From Anaerolineae bacterium (GTDB lineage Bacteria; Chloroflexota; Anaerolineae; S140-20), in assembly GCA_027021705.1 (NCBI GenBank), contig JALUTT010000059.1:1-64000 (forward strand): a stretch of 64,000 nt of DNA, given 5' to 3'. Below are positions 47,163 through 55,818 of this stretch, piece after piece. The notes under the pieces were generated by a model. That model ran no database searches. It had not been told where the DNA came from and saw only the letters and a program-made list of their open reading frames with translations. The stretch's first letter is position 1, and the number at the start of each line of letters is the position of its first letter. A program made the position numbers and the translations under genes.

Positions 47163-48089
47163 TCAGGCAGGCAGGCGGCTCTGACTCTGGGCCTGCATCT
47201 GGCGGGCGGCGATACGGCGTTTCTCTGCCGCGACTTCGGTGATCTCGCGGATGTCGGAGAACGGCCCATCGTCAGGGGTCACAATGCCGACGGCCAAGCT
47301 CATCAGCGGGACCTTCTGCTCCTGCCCCCGTTCATCTTTAGCAACGATGTAACCCCGCTCCCGATCCATGAAGTTGTAGTGGGTCCCGACCTCCTGAGAG
47401 AAGCGGGCCACGATCCGGTCGCGGATGGCCGGCCCACGCTCGGTCGTGGTGATGACGACGAAATCGTCACCTCCCCGATGGCCCACGAAGTCGTCGGGCG
47501 TCCCCAGTTCGTTCAGGGTCTGGTTCAGGATGTGGGCGAGGGAGCGGAGCACCTGGTTGCCTGCGATGAAACCGTAGACGTTGTCGAACTGCTCCTTGTA
47601 GTTGATGCCGATGAAGAGAAAGCTCCAATCATCCCGCCGCATCAGCTCTCGGAGCTGTTCTTCGATCAGCTTGCCGCTGGGCAGTCCCGTGTTGGGCTCC
47701 GTCAAGCCCTCCCGACGATACCACTCCAAGGCGCGCTGCACCCGCAGTCGGAGCTCTTCGATGTCGAAGGGCTTGGTAATGTAGTCGTCGGCCCCGAGTT
47801 CCAGCCCCTGGATTTTGTCGGAGCGCTCATCCCGCTGGGTCAGGAAGATGATGGGGATGTGGCTGGTGCGCAAGGTGCTGCGCAGGCGCCGGCAGACCTC
47901 GAACCCATCAATGTCGGGCAGGTTGATGTCCAGCACGATCACTTCTGGAGGCTGCTGGCGGCATCGTTCCAGCGCTTCTCCTCCCCGGGGAGCGACCTCG
48001 ACCTCGTATTCCTGCGACTGGAAGTAGATACGCAGCATGTTCGAGATGTCGAAGTCGTCCTCGACGATCAGGATATGACCCTTGCTCAT
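47163..48089 (-). CDS. Receiver + GGDEF-like domain protein (GGDDF)
   Basis: ILIVEDD, LDINLP, ITKPF; VYGFIAGNQVL, GHRGGDDFVV. Confidence 0.85.
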   Translation of the reverse strand: MSKGHILIVEDDFDISNMLRIYFQSQEYEVEVAPRGGEALERCRQQPPEVIVLDINLPDIDGFEVCRRLRSTLRTSHIPIIFLTQRDERSDKIQGLELGADDYITKPFDIEELRLRVQRALEWYRREGLTEPNTGLPSGKLIEEQLRELMRRDDWSFLFIGINYKEQFDNVYGFIAGNQVLRSLAHILNQTLNELGTPDDFVGHRGGDDFVVITTTERGPAIRDRIVARFSQEVGTHYNFMDRERGYIVAKDERGQEQKVPLMSLAVGIVTPDDGPFSDIREITEVAAEKRRIAARQMQAQSQSRLPA

Positions 48090-48174
48090 TGGCTCACCTC
48101 CGCCTGCTCAAGTGGCATCACCTACGCTCCCAAAGGCGATGGCCTGGACATCGCCGGGATGACCAGGCATCCAT

Positions 48175-49257
48175 CTACCCCCCCGTCCGTTGGGCCTTGG
48201 TGCGAATGCGTTCAATCTCCTCCTCGCTCACCGGGCGTTCGAAGCTGCGAAACCCCTCGACCCGAAACCCGTGTTTCTCGGCCAGATGACCAATCTCCTG
48301 CACCCTCTCGATCTGGATCTCCTTGCCCAAGGTGAAGGGCTCAAAGCGTCCCTCCAGGGCCAGGATCATCGTCTCTGCCATACAGGCGTAAGCCTTGCCT
48401 GGTGGAAAGCCGAAGTCGAAGTGGAAGTCCACCGGACCCGGCACTTTGACCATGCCTCCCTCGATGACCAGGACGTCGTCCCGGGCCTCGACGACCTGGC
48501 GCGAAACGTCCCGAGGACGGGCCACGTCGCAGACCACAGCTCCTGATTTCAGATGGTGCGGTTCGATGATGGACTCGATCGCGCTGGTCACGGTGATCAC
48601 AACGTCGGCCTGACGCAGGGCGCTTAGGTCTGTCGTGGTGCGGACCTTGGCGTCCGTCTCCGCCTCGATCTGCTCGCGCAATGCGTCCAACCGCTCCTGA
48701 CGGCGACCGACGAGGATCATCTCGGGGACCTCCCGACTGAGCAGCCGGGCGGAGACGGAACCGATGGCCCCCGTCGCTCCCACCACGGCGGCCACCGCCT
48801 GGTTCAAGACAATCCCCATTCGCTGCGCGGCCTGGCGCGCTGCCTCCACAGCCACGTAGACGGTGTAGCTGTCCCCCGTCGTGACGGGTATCCGCAGGCC
48901 CTTGGAGATGGTCACGCCCGCATCTCCGATCACCGAGGTGAAGGCCCCCAATCCCAAGATCTGGGCTCCCAGCCGTTCGGCCAGCCGCCCTGTCTGGATG
49001 ATCTTCTTGTAGACCACCGGAGGCGGCAGTGTCATCATCCGCTGAGGGGTGAAAGGGCAGGCCACGAACCATCCCTCGACCTCCTCCCCCGTCGCTTCCG
49101 AGCGCACGCCGGTGATGTGGGAGATGTAGACCGGGGGGAAGTAACGGGAGAAGAAGTTGATGGCTGCGACGGGCAACAGCTTCCCCAGCAGCGGGAACTT
49201 GCGCTGGACGTCTTTCTTGGGGTCTATGGGATGGATGATGAAGGCGAAGGTGTTCAT
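48175..49257 (-). CDS. NAD(P)-dependent reductase related to long-chain acyl-ACP reductase
   Basis: FAFIIHP, LGLGAFTS, TTGDSYT, VVGATGAIG, DVARPRD, YACMAE resemble the cyanobacterial AAR motifs TTGNTHT, GATGDIG, FACFAE. Confidence 0.7.
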   Translation of the reverse strand: MNTFAFIIHPIDPKKDVQRKFPLLGKLLPVAAINFFSRYFPPVYISHITGVRSEATGEEVEGWFVACPFTPQRMMTLPPPVVYKKIIQTGRLAERLGAQILGLGAFTSVIGDAGVTISKGLRIPVTTGDSYTVYVAVEAARQAAQRMGIVLNQAVAAVVGATGAIGSVSARLLSREVPEMILVGRRQERLDALREQIEAETDAKVRTTTDLSALRQADVVITVTSAIESIIEPHHLKSGAVVCDVARPRDVSRQVVEARDDVLVIEGGMVKVPGPVDFHFDFGFPPGKAYACMAETMILALEGRFEPFTLGKEIQIERVQEIGHLAEKHGFRVEGFRSFERPVSEEEIERIRTKAQRTGG

Positions 49258-49297
49258 TGTCTCCCCAGGCTTCGTCGTAGGGTGGGATGGGAATCGC

Positions 49298-50566
49298 TCA
49301 CGCCTCGGCCTGCGGCTCTCGGGGGTAGAGGCGTGGATGCATCTCTGTCCCGCCGGGAATCTTGTGATGGTCGCTCTCCTCGTAACGGACGTTCTTGGCG
49401 ATGACCCGCCGCTCCGGTGACGCGAAGAGCACCGTGTCCGATTCGATCATCCGGGCCGGGTAGATGATCAGTCCGGAGCCCAGACGGCAGTTGTGCCCCA
49501 CGCACCCTCCCAGGACGGGGAACCCTGCCTCTTGTAACTCCCCTTCGTGCAGGGCCCGAATGGGCTTGGGGAGCAGGTTGAAGTCGGTGAAGGTGGTCCC
49601 AGCACCGATGAAGGTGTTGCGTCCCACCACGCACATCTGCAGGCAGGTGTTCTGGGCCACGATGGAGTGTTCCATCAACGTGGTCATGAACAGGGAGGCG
49701 CGAAAGGGTAGATAGCAGCCGTCGGAGACGACGCTCAGCAGCAATTGGGCTCCCTGCATGATGTTCACGTTCTCGCCCACGATGGAGTTGCAGACGTAGG
49801 CGCCGGCGTGAATCCGACTGTTGTCCCCAATGTAGGTCGGTCCTTGAATGACCGCTGTCGGATCGATCTCGACGTTCTTGCCCACGTAGACGAGGGCGGA
49901 ACTGGAGAGGAACTGGCGACGCTCCAGGAGCGAACGGCCCAGGATGCGCAGCTTGGCCCACAGGTTCTGCTTGACTTCCTTTTCCTTGCGTGCTCCCTCG
50001 GCGAAGATACCGAAAACGATGTTGGCCACGAAAACGTGCACCCAGTGTTCGATGGAGAGAAACGCCTTGGTGGGAACCTGGTAGACCAGGTCACCCTGCT
50101 GGGGGGCCATGTAGGTCGGCACGTGGTAGTATCCGACTTCGTAGGCCTCCGTGTCGATCACCAAGGGGACGACTTCCTCCTCCAGACCCCGGGGGAAGTA
50201 CCACATGTCGGCCACGTAGACATCCCCCTGACGTCGGATCCCCTTTTGCAGCGTCAGGGCGTGGGAGGTGATCGCCTTGTCCTCTAGGGAGAAGGCGACC
50301 CGACAAGCCTTGCCCAGCTCACGCGCCCGCTGGATGAACTCCTCGAAGAAGGGCTTGTCGAAGAAGAGGTTATCCCGGTAGACCAGGGTCTCGACGCGGT
50401 CCTTGGGGATCTCTTCGAAGGAGTGGACGGGCCGTTCCCGATCACAGTAGGGGGCCAGGATGTCCCGCTGATGGAGCCAGAGCCGCTTGTTGAGCACGGT
50501 CAGCTCTCGGGCCGGCTCGTTGAAAGGGGGAATGTACCGCTTATCCTCGATAATGATCTTGCGCAT
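49298..50566 (-). CDS. Hexapeptide-repeat (left-handed beta-helix) transferase-like protein
   Basis: VGKNVEIDPTAVIQGPTYIGDNSRI, VVGRNTFIGAGT, VGHNCRLGSG; GlmU-like architecture. Confidence 0.75.
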   Translation of the reverse strand: MRKIIIEDKRYIPPFNEPARELTVLNKRLWLHQRDILAPYCDRERPVHSFEEIPKDRVETLVYRDNLFFDKPFFEEFIQRARELGKACRVAFSLEDKAITSHALTLQKGIRRQGDVYVADMWYFPRGLEEEVVPLVIDTEAYEVGYYHVPTYMAPQQGDLVYQVPTKAFLSIEHWVHVFVANIVFGIFAEGARKEKEVKQNLWAKLRILGRSLLERRQFLSSSALVYVGKNVEIDPTAVIQGPTYIGDNSRIHAGAYVCNSIVGENVNIMQGAQLLLSVVSDGCYLPFRASLFMTTLMEHSIVAQNTCLQMCVVGRNTFIGAGTTFTDFNLLPKPIRALHEGELQEAGFPVLGGCVGHNCRLGSGLIIYPARMIESDTVLFASPERRVIAKNVRYEESDHHKIPGGTEMHPRLYPREPQAEA

Positions 50567-50666
50567 TGCGGTTGGCCCTCATCTCAAACCGTCCCAACGA
50601 TCACCAAGACCATCCCCGACCGATGAGCTGTTGAAGACACCACTGTCCTGCTCCTCCCAAGCGCCG

Positions 50667-51317
50667 TCAGTCCAGGGGTTGCTTGTCAATGAGGATGGTG
50701 CATGTCTCGTCTCCCTGGGCGATGCAGGAAACCTCTTCCACGTAGAAGTTCTTCCCTCCGCTGACCCAGTATAGCGATTCCTGCAGGATGCCCACGGCCA
50801 GGAAACAGGCCGGGTAGGAGGTGTGGCGTCCCCAGCAGACGGGACACCGTTCGATGATCCAGAAGAAGTGCTCCTCGTCCTCGTCCAGGCGCACCACCTG
50901 GTCGGTGAACTTGTTGAAGGTCTCGGCGAAGACCTCAAACCCCACCTTGAGCTTCATCCCCAGGGGGAGCAATCGAAAGGCCAGGTCGGCGATGCCCAGG
51001 ACAGGTCCAAATTCCTTGATGCCGTACTTGAAACAGGCCCGTCCGGCCCGTAGGGCCAGGCCCCGTCCTCCCCGGGGGCCGTACATCTCGTCGAGAGCCC
51101 GTTGGATGGCTCCGATCTCCTCGAAGCTGAACTGAAGGTCAAAGTTGTTGGGGGGGTAGTTGTTCACCCGATGTTGCAACCGAGCCAGGTTTAGCACTGC
51201 GTTGACCCCATTGCGTCCCATCACCTCCTCCATAGCCAGGAGGATGATGCGGCCCATCTTGTTGGGGTAGTGGTAGCCGGATGAGCGTTCTGTCGCAGCT
51301 TCGCGCATTGGTGTCAA
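50667..51317 (-). CDS. V4R (4-vinyl reductase) domain protein
   Basis: ERCPVC, PACF..GIL, VEEVSCIAQGDETC V4R signature. Confidence 0.85.
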   Translation of the reverse strand: MTPMREAATERSSGYHYPNKMGRIILLAMEEVMGRNGVNAVLNLARLQHRVNNYPPNNFDLQFSFEEIGAIQRALDEMYGPRGGRGLALRAGRACFKYGIKEFGPVLGIADLAFRLLPLGMKLKVGFEVFAETFNKFTDQVVRLDEDEEHFFWIIERCPVCWGRHTSYPACFLAVGILQESLYWVSGGKNFYVEEVSCIAQGDETCTILIDKQPLD

Positions 51318-52123
51318 CCGCCCTTTCGTATCGGTGTGCTCGTGCTCAGAAAGTCCTGGATGGTCGCGATGAACCGCTCGGGTTCATCCAGCATTGGGAA
51401 GTGGCGGGAACGGGGCATCATCTGGACGCGGGCGTGGGGGACTCCCTGGGTGAGCATCTCTGCCTGATTGGGATTGACGATGTTGTCCCGCACGCCGAAG
51501 ACGCCTAGCGTGGGCACCCGGATCTCCTGGAGGCGGGGGAAGAGGTTGGTGTGGTGGAGATCCCCAATGCTTCGGAAGAAGGACTCGGTGTTGGCCTTCG
51601 AGACATCCCGGAAGATCATCCGGCGGACTTTGGGAGAATCCCCGGCTAGAACGATCCACATCACCATCCGGAGGATGAGGGGGATGCGCCAGATCAGATG
51701 GGCGATCCAGCGCACGCCGGCCAGCTTCAGGAAGAGGTTCAGCGACCGCCCGTCTATGGGAGAGCCCACGATGGCCACCCGGGTCACCCGCTGGGGGTGG
51801 TCGAGGGTGAGCTTGAGGGCCACGGTTCCCCCCATTGAGTGGCCGAACACCGGCGCCCGTTCAATCCCCAGCGCCTCCATGAACTGGTCCACCATCTGGG
51901 CGTAGGAATCAATTTTGAAGGGCGGTGCCTGCTCCTTGGCGGATTCCCCAAAGCCCCAGAAGTCGAGGGCGTAGACCTTGTAACGTCCCAGGCTCGCAAT
52001 GGCGATCATCGAGTCCCGCCACACATCCCAGGAGTTGATCCAACCGTGGAGCAGGATGACTGGCTTGCCCCGGCCATAGGCTTCGTAGTGAACAATCCCT
52101 TGGTCGGTAACAATGGAACTCAC
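51314..52123 (-). CDS. Alpha/beta hydrolase with intact catalytic Ser
   Basis: LHGW, ALDFWGFGES, GHSMGG, DNIV, RHFPMLDE. Confidence 0.9.
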   Translation of the reverse strand: MSSIVTDQGIVHYEAYGRGKPVILLHGWINSWDVWRDSMIAIASLGRYKVYALDFWGFGESAKEQAPPFKIDSYAQMVDQFMEALGIERAPVFGHSMGGTVALKLTLDHPQRVTRVAIVGSPIDGRSLNLFLKLAGVRWIAHLIWRIPLILRMVMWIVLAGDSPKVRRMIFRDVSKANTESFFRSIGDLHHTNLFPRLQEIRVPTLGVFGVRDNIVNPNQAEMLTQGVPHARVQMMPRSRHFPMLDEPERFIATIQDFLSTSTPIRKGG

Positions 52124-52144
52124 CGTCTGTTCCTATCTCCCTCA

Positions 52145-52407
52145 TCCCGCACGCAGGCGGTCGGGTTCCCCGGGCTCCGGGGATACCTCAGTCCTTTCGA
52201 CGCAGCAGGATAATTCGCAGACGCGCCCGCCACCGAAGGCAGGCGCGACCTGAACCAGAACCTTTGAACGGCTCAGGTGCCCGGCCCTCGCGAGCCAGCG
52301 TGCGGAATCGTCTGGACGCAGAACCCCTCTCCGATGATCCCCTGAGATCACAGTCGAAAGTGCCGGGCACCCTCTGATTCTGCCTGTAGCGATACAGGCC
52401 CCAGACG
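52145..52407 (-). ncRNA. Candidate structured RNA with two closed multi-hairpin domains
   Basis: Closing stems TTCCGCACGC/GCGTGCGGGA and CGTCTGG/CCAGACG; several internal hairpins with G-U pairs on the minus strand; family not identified. Confidence 0.35.
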
Positions 52408-52409
52408 TG

Positions 52410-52967
52410 TTACTCGCTTTCCGCCTCTTCAGCGTCCATCCGTTCCAGAATGGAGTAGAGGAGTTCCAGGAGAACCCGCTTCACGCTCTCCCGGTCGGTG
52501 GCTACACAGGGCAGGACCTTCACGCCATCCTCAATCCGCAGGGCGATGCGCAGGTCCTCCACAGACCAGGCATCTTCCATATCCTGCTTGTTCGCCGCCA
52601 CCACGTAAGGGGTTGGGGCGTAGGCGCGGAAGGTGTCCAGGATATTCCGCGCCTCCCGGAAGGTCTCCGGACGCACACTGTCAATCAACACAATGAAGCC
52701 TAGCATTCCTTCGGAGAGGATCTCCCACATGAAGTCGAAGCGCTTCTGTCCGGGGGTGCCGAAGAGGTAGAGCACCAGGTCCTCGTCCACGGTGATCCGA
52801 CCAAAGTCCATGGCCACCGTGGTGCGCTCTTTGATACGCTCCGACTCGCTGGAGATTTTGCGCTCCGTGGAGACGACCTCGATCTCACTGATCGTCTGGA
52901 TGAACTGGGTTTTGCCTGCCGCGAAGGGGCCTGTGACGACCATCTTGACGGTTTGTACTTTGCCCAT
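52410..52967 (-). CDS. MglA/CvnD-like small GTPase
   Basis: VTGPFAAGKT, TTVAMDFG, LFGTPGQKRFDFMW, ANKQD, CVAT. Confidence 0.9.
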   Translation of the reverse strand: MGKVQTVKMVVTGPFAAGKTQFIQTISEIEVVSTERKISSESERIKERTTVAMDFGRITVDEDLVLYLFGTPGQKRFDFMWEILSEGMLGFIVLIDSVRPETFREARNILDTFRAYAPTPYVVAANKQDMEDAWSVEDLRIALRIEDGVKVLPCVATDRESVKRVLLELLYSILERMDAEEAESE

Positions 52968-53043
52968 TGTCCTGCGACCACCCTGTTGTGTCAATGACGA
53001 GAAGTAGGATTGCTTAGTCGAGAAGGGAAAGGGCCGATGGGGC

Positions 53044-53889
53044 TCAGAGTTGCTTGATGCGGTCTATCAACCGCATAACGACGGAGCGCTTGACCGCTGG
53101 CGGCCGTTGGGCCGGCGGTGGGAGGGGAGCTTCCCGGCGCTCCCCACCCCGACTGGGTGGAGCGACCTCTCTGCCCTCTGGACGGACCAGTTCGACCAGC
53201 CCCGCCTGCAGCATCCCGTAGACGATCTTCCGAATCTGGAACTCGCTCATGTTGGTGGCTTGAGCGATCTGGCGGATGGTGTTGCGCGGGTTGATAAAGG
53301 AAATCACCCGCCACTCCTCAATGCTCAGGCTGATGTTGCGCAAGGAGGTGCCGGGGCGATCGGTGAAGCGCAAGGCCATATCCAGGTCGGGCAGTTCGTC
53401 CTGGAGCTGCTCCCACTCCTTCATCCGCCGGGTGCCCTCGATGATGACGTTCTCCAGGCCGATGGGCACCGTGATCCGTTCCGGCGGGGGGAGTTGATTG
53501 GGTTCGAAGCGGAACTTCCCATCCGTCCAGGTGAAGAGCTGGTAGACGATCTCCAGCATGTGCTGCCGCACGCTCTGCAGGATGTCCTTCTGCGTAACGT
53601 AGCCCGCGTTGATGAGCCAGAGTCCCAGCTCCTTGTCGTCCGTCGCGTTCACCTGGGCCTGGATGAGCCGGGTCTGCTCGGTCGTTAGCCGCCCTGCCTT
53701 GAGCAGAATCTGGTCCAGCCGGTTGTGCTGGTTGCCCAGGGAGGCATAGACCAGTTTCCCCTCGCGAAAGCAGAGGTCTGCCCGCTCTGAAGAGCGTTCC
53801 ACCGTCAGGGTACCCGTCTTTCGGGCCAGATTGATGAGGTTCAACAGTTGGGTAATGCTAAAATCACGCAGGTTTCCTTTTAATGCCAT
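53044..53889 (-). CDS. DUF4388 (PATAN/PatA_N) domain protein with C-terminal wHTH
   Basis: MALKGNLRDFSITQLLNLI..KTGTL..FREGKLVYA..LFTWTDGKFRF. Confidence 0.88.
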   Translation of the reverse strand: MALKGNLRDFSITQLLNLINLARKTGTLTVERSSERADLCFREGKLVYASLGNQHNRLDQILLKAGRLTTEQTRLIQAQVNATDDKELGLWLINAGYVTQKDILQSVRQHMLEIVYQLFTWTDGKFRFEPNQLPPPERITVPIGLENVIIEGTRRMKEWEQLQDELPDLDMALRFTDRPGTSLRNISLSIEEWRVISFINPRNTIRQIAQATNMSEFQIRKIVYGMLQAGLVELVRPEGREVAPPSRGGERREAPLPPPAQRPPAVKRSVVMRLIDRIKQL

Positions 53890-54024
53890 GGCTCCCCGCC
53901 TTGCCGTCCGGTCTTGAAGACCTGCTTAGTTTGGCATAGTTGTCCCACGATCCTACGTCTCTCTATCCTTTCTCCCCCCTCCTGCTGCTCTGGGCCATAT
54001 GGGCAGACAGAAGAGGATATGGAG

Positions 54025-54053
54025 ATTATACCCGTTCTTATACAGCAAGTCAA
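54025..54053 (-). promoter_or_regulatory. Sigma70 promoter TTGACT-17-TATAAT for the DUF4388 locus
   Basis: agtcaa 54048-54053, attata 54025-54030. Confidence 0.65.
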
Positions 54054-54305
54054 CCGTCTTCTCTCTCCGCGTCCCGCGCCCGTTTTGTGAGGTTCTCTCG
54101 GTTCGTCGGAACGACGAGGGCAGACAGGGTAGCCGGATCGCAGGGTGGTCGCCGGTTTGTTGGGCCTGTGCTATAATTACAGGGCGTTGTCATACCTCCT
54201 CTTTCAGTCCAAGCTGCTCGATGCGCCACGCCAACGTTCCCTCAGATCGCGCTTGCGGATCTGGGGGAAGCGCGGATCCAGCTACGAGCGCGGAGGGATA
54301 AGCCT

Positions 54306-55502
54306 ATGCGCATTGCACCTTTTCGGCATCCCGCGGCCACGGTAGGGGTGTTGGTCTCCTTGCTCCTGGGGCTGATGTTGGGACTGGGGGGCTGCAAGGG
54401 CCGAGAGGAGCCTACACCTACGGCGACTTTGCCGCCTACCTCGCCCCCCCGGCTGACCGCACCGCTGGTGCCATCGCCATCTCCCCCACCGACACCAACC
54501 CCGACTACAGCACCCACGCCAACTCCTACACCGGAGCCTACTCCCACGCCCTTGATGGACTTCCCCCCCGACGTGAACCCCTTGACCGGGGAGAAGGTGG
54601 AGGACGTCCGGGTCCTGGAACGTCGTCCTCTGGCGATCAAGATCTCCAACTCTCCTCCCATCGTGCGCCCCCAGGCGGGCCTGAGCTTCGCGGACTTGGT
54701 CTTCGAGCACTACGCTGAGGGCGGTGTCACCCGATTCACCGCTGTCTTCCTGGGGCACGACGCGGAGAAGGTGGGCTCTATCCGCAGTGGCCGCCTCATT
54801 GATCTGGAGATTCCGGCGATGTACAAGGCGATGTTTGCCTACTCGGGCTCCAGCGGTGGCGTCAAGGAGCGGATTCGCAACGCCGACTTCTTCCCCGATC
54901 GGGTAATCTCCCCCGACTTCGGCGTAGGTGCCCCCGTCTTCGTCCGCATCCCGGCCGAGGGCAAGGCTTTCGAGCACACCCTCTTCACCAGCACCCAGGC
55001 TCTCTGGCAGCTCACGGAGCAGCGGGGGCTAAACCAGCGCCAGGACCTGCGGGGGATGGTCTTCAGTGAGTCCCCACCCGCTGGCGGGCAGCCGGCCCGC
55101 TACGTCGAGATCCCTTACGCTGCCTCCCCAGCCGCCTGGGAGTACGACGAGGCGCTGGGGAAGTACCGCCGCTTCACCGATGGCCAGGTCCACACAGACG
55201 AGTTGACCGGCGAACAGCTGACAGCCGCCAACGTCATCGTCGTCTACGCCAACCACGTGGAGACCGACATCCTGGAGGATATGGTGGGCGGCGGCCACTA
55301 CTCCATCGAGATTCAGATATGGGGAGAAGGGCCGGTGACCATCTTCCGGGACGGGTTGATGTTCCAGGGCGTTTGGAAGCGATGGGCACGGGAGGAGATG
55401 CTGACCTTCTGGGATGCTCAAGGCAATCCGATCCCGTTGAAACCCGGCAACTCCTGGTTCCAGCTTGTCCCCCTCGACTTCCAGATCCGCGTGACGGAGT
55501 GA
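54306..55502 (+). CDS. DUF3048-family lipoprotein with Pro/Thr linker
   Basis: Lipobox LGGC, PT repeats, NPLTG, RPQAGL..AD.VFEHYAEGGVTRF, GSIRSGR. Confidence 0.85.
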   Translation: MRIAPFRHPAATVGVLVSLLLGLMLGLGGCKGREEPTPTATLPPTSPPRLTAPLVPSPSPPPTPTPTTAPTPTPTPEPTPTPLMDFPPDVNPLTGEKVEDVRVLERRPLAIKISNSPPIVRPQAGLSFADLVFEHYAEGGVTRFTAVFLGHDAEKVGSIRSGRLIDLEIPAMYKAMFAYSGSSGGVKERIRNADFFPDRVISPDFGVGAPVFVRIPAEGKAFEHTLFTSTQALWQLTEQRGLNQRQDLRGMVFSESPPAGGQPARYVEIPYAASPAAWEYDEALGKYRRFTDGQVHTDELTGEQLTAANVIVVYANHVETDILEDMVGGGHYSIEIQIWGEGPVTIFRDGLMFQGVWKRWAREEMLTFWDAQGNPIPLKPGNSWFQLVPLDFQIRVTE

Positions 55503-55606
55503 CCAGGTGGCGCTCCTCTCGATTGTTAAAGAGCGGTGAAAGTCAGTTTCATCCTAGCATGAAGCGGTGCAAGCGGTGTTACAGCCAGGTTACAAAAGCA
55601 TAAACA

Positions 55607-55660
55607 GCGCGTGGGGGAGGTTCTTGGGATCGCCCCACGCGCCTCTCTTTTCTCTCTTTT
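55607..55660 (+). terminator. Hairpin followed by T-rich tract
   Basis: GCGCGTGGGG...CCCCACGCGC then CTCTCTTTTT between convergent genes. Confidence 0.45.
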
Positions 55661-55818
55661 GTAAGTAATCGCCAGTCCCCCGGTGGGTTGACGATGGAAG
55701 TCCGGCGTATCGTCCGCTCATCCCTGGCGACGGTCGCATCGCCGTAGTCGTCGTAGGTGTAGGCGACCCATCAGGAGGGAGAGCGAAGAGGGAGGGGATG
55801 CGGAGGCGAGGTTTGAAG

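Noticed and set aside
52145..52307. Firm call as 6S RNA or a known riboswitch
   Set aside because: The CCTGAGCC/GGTTCAGG pair closes only a short hairpin rather than the 6S rod, and no TPP, SAM, cobalamin, glycine or c-di-AMP consensus is recognisable.
54410..54550. Pro/Thr-coding repeats here and at about 59125-59230
   Set aside because: These are ordinary low-complexity linkers of secreted proteins.
55578..55770. GTTACA direct repeat (OmpR/PhoB-like) and a short coding-like stretch
   Set aside because: It lies between convergent genes with no downstream target; evidence is too weak.
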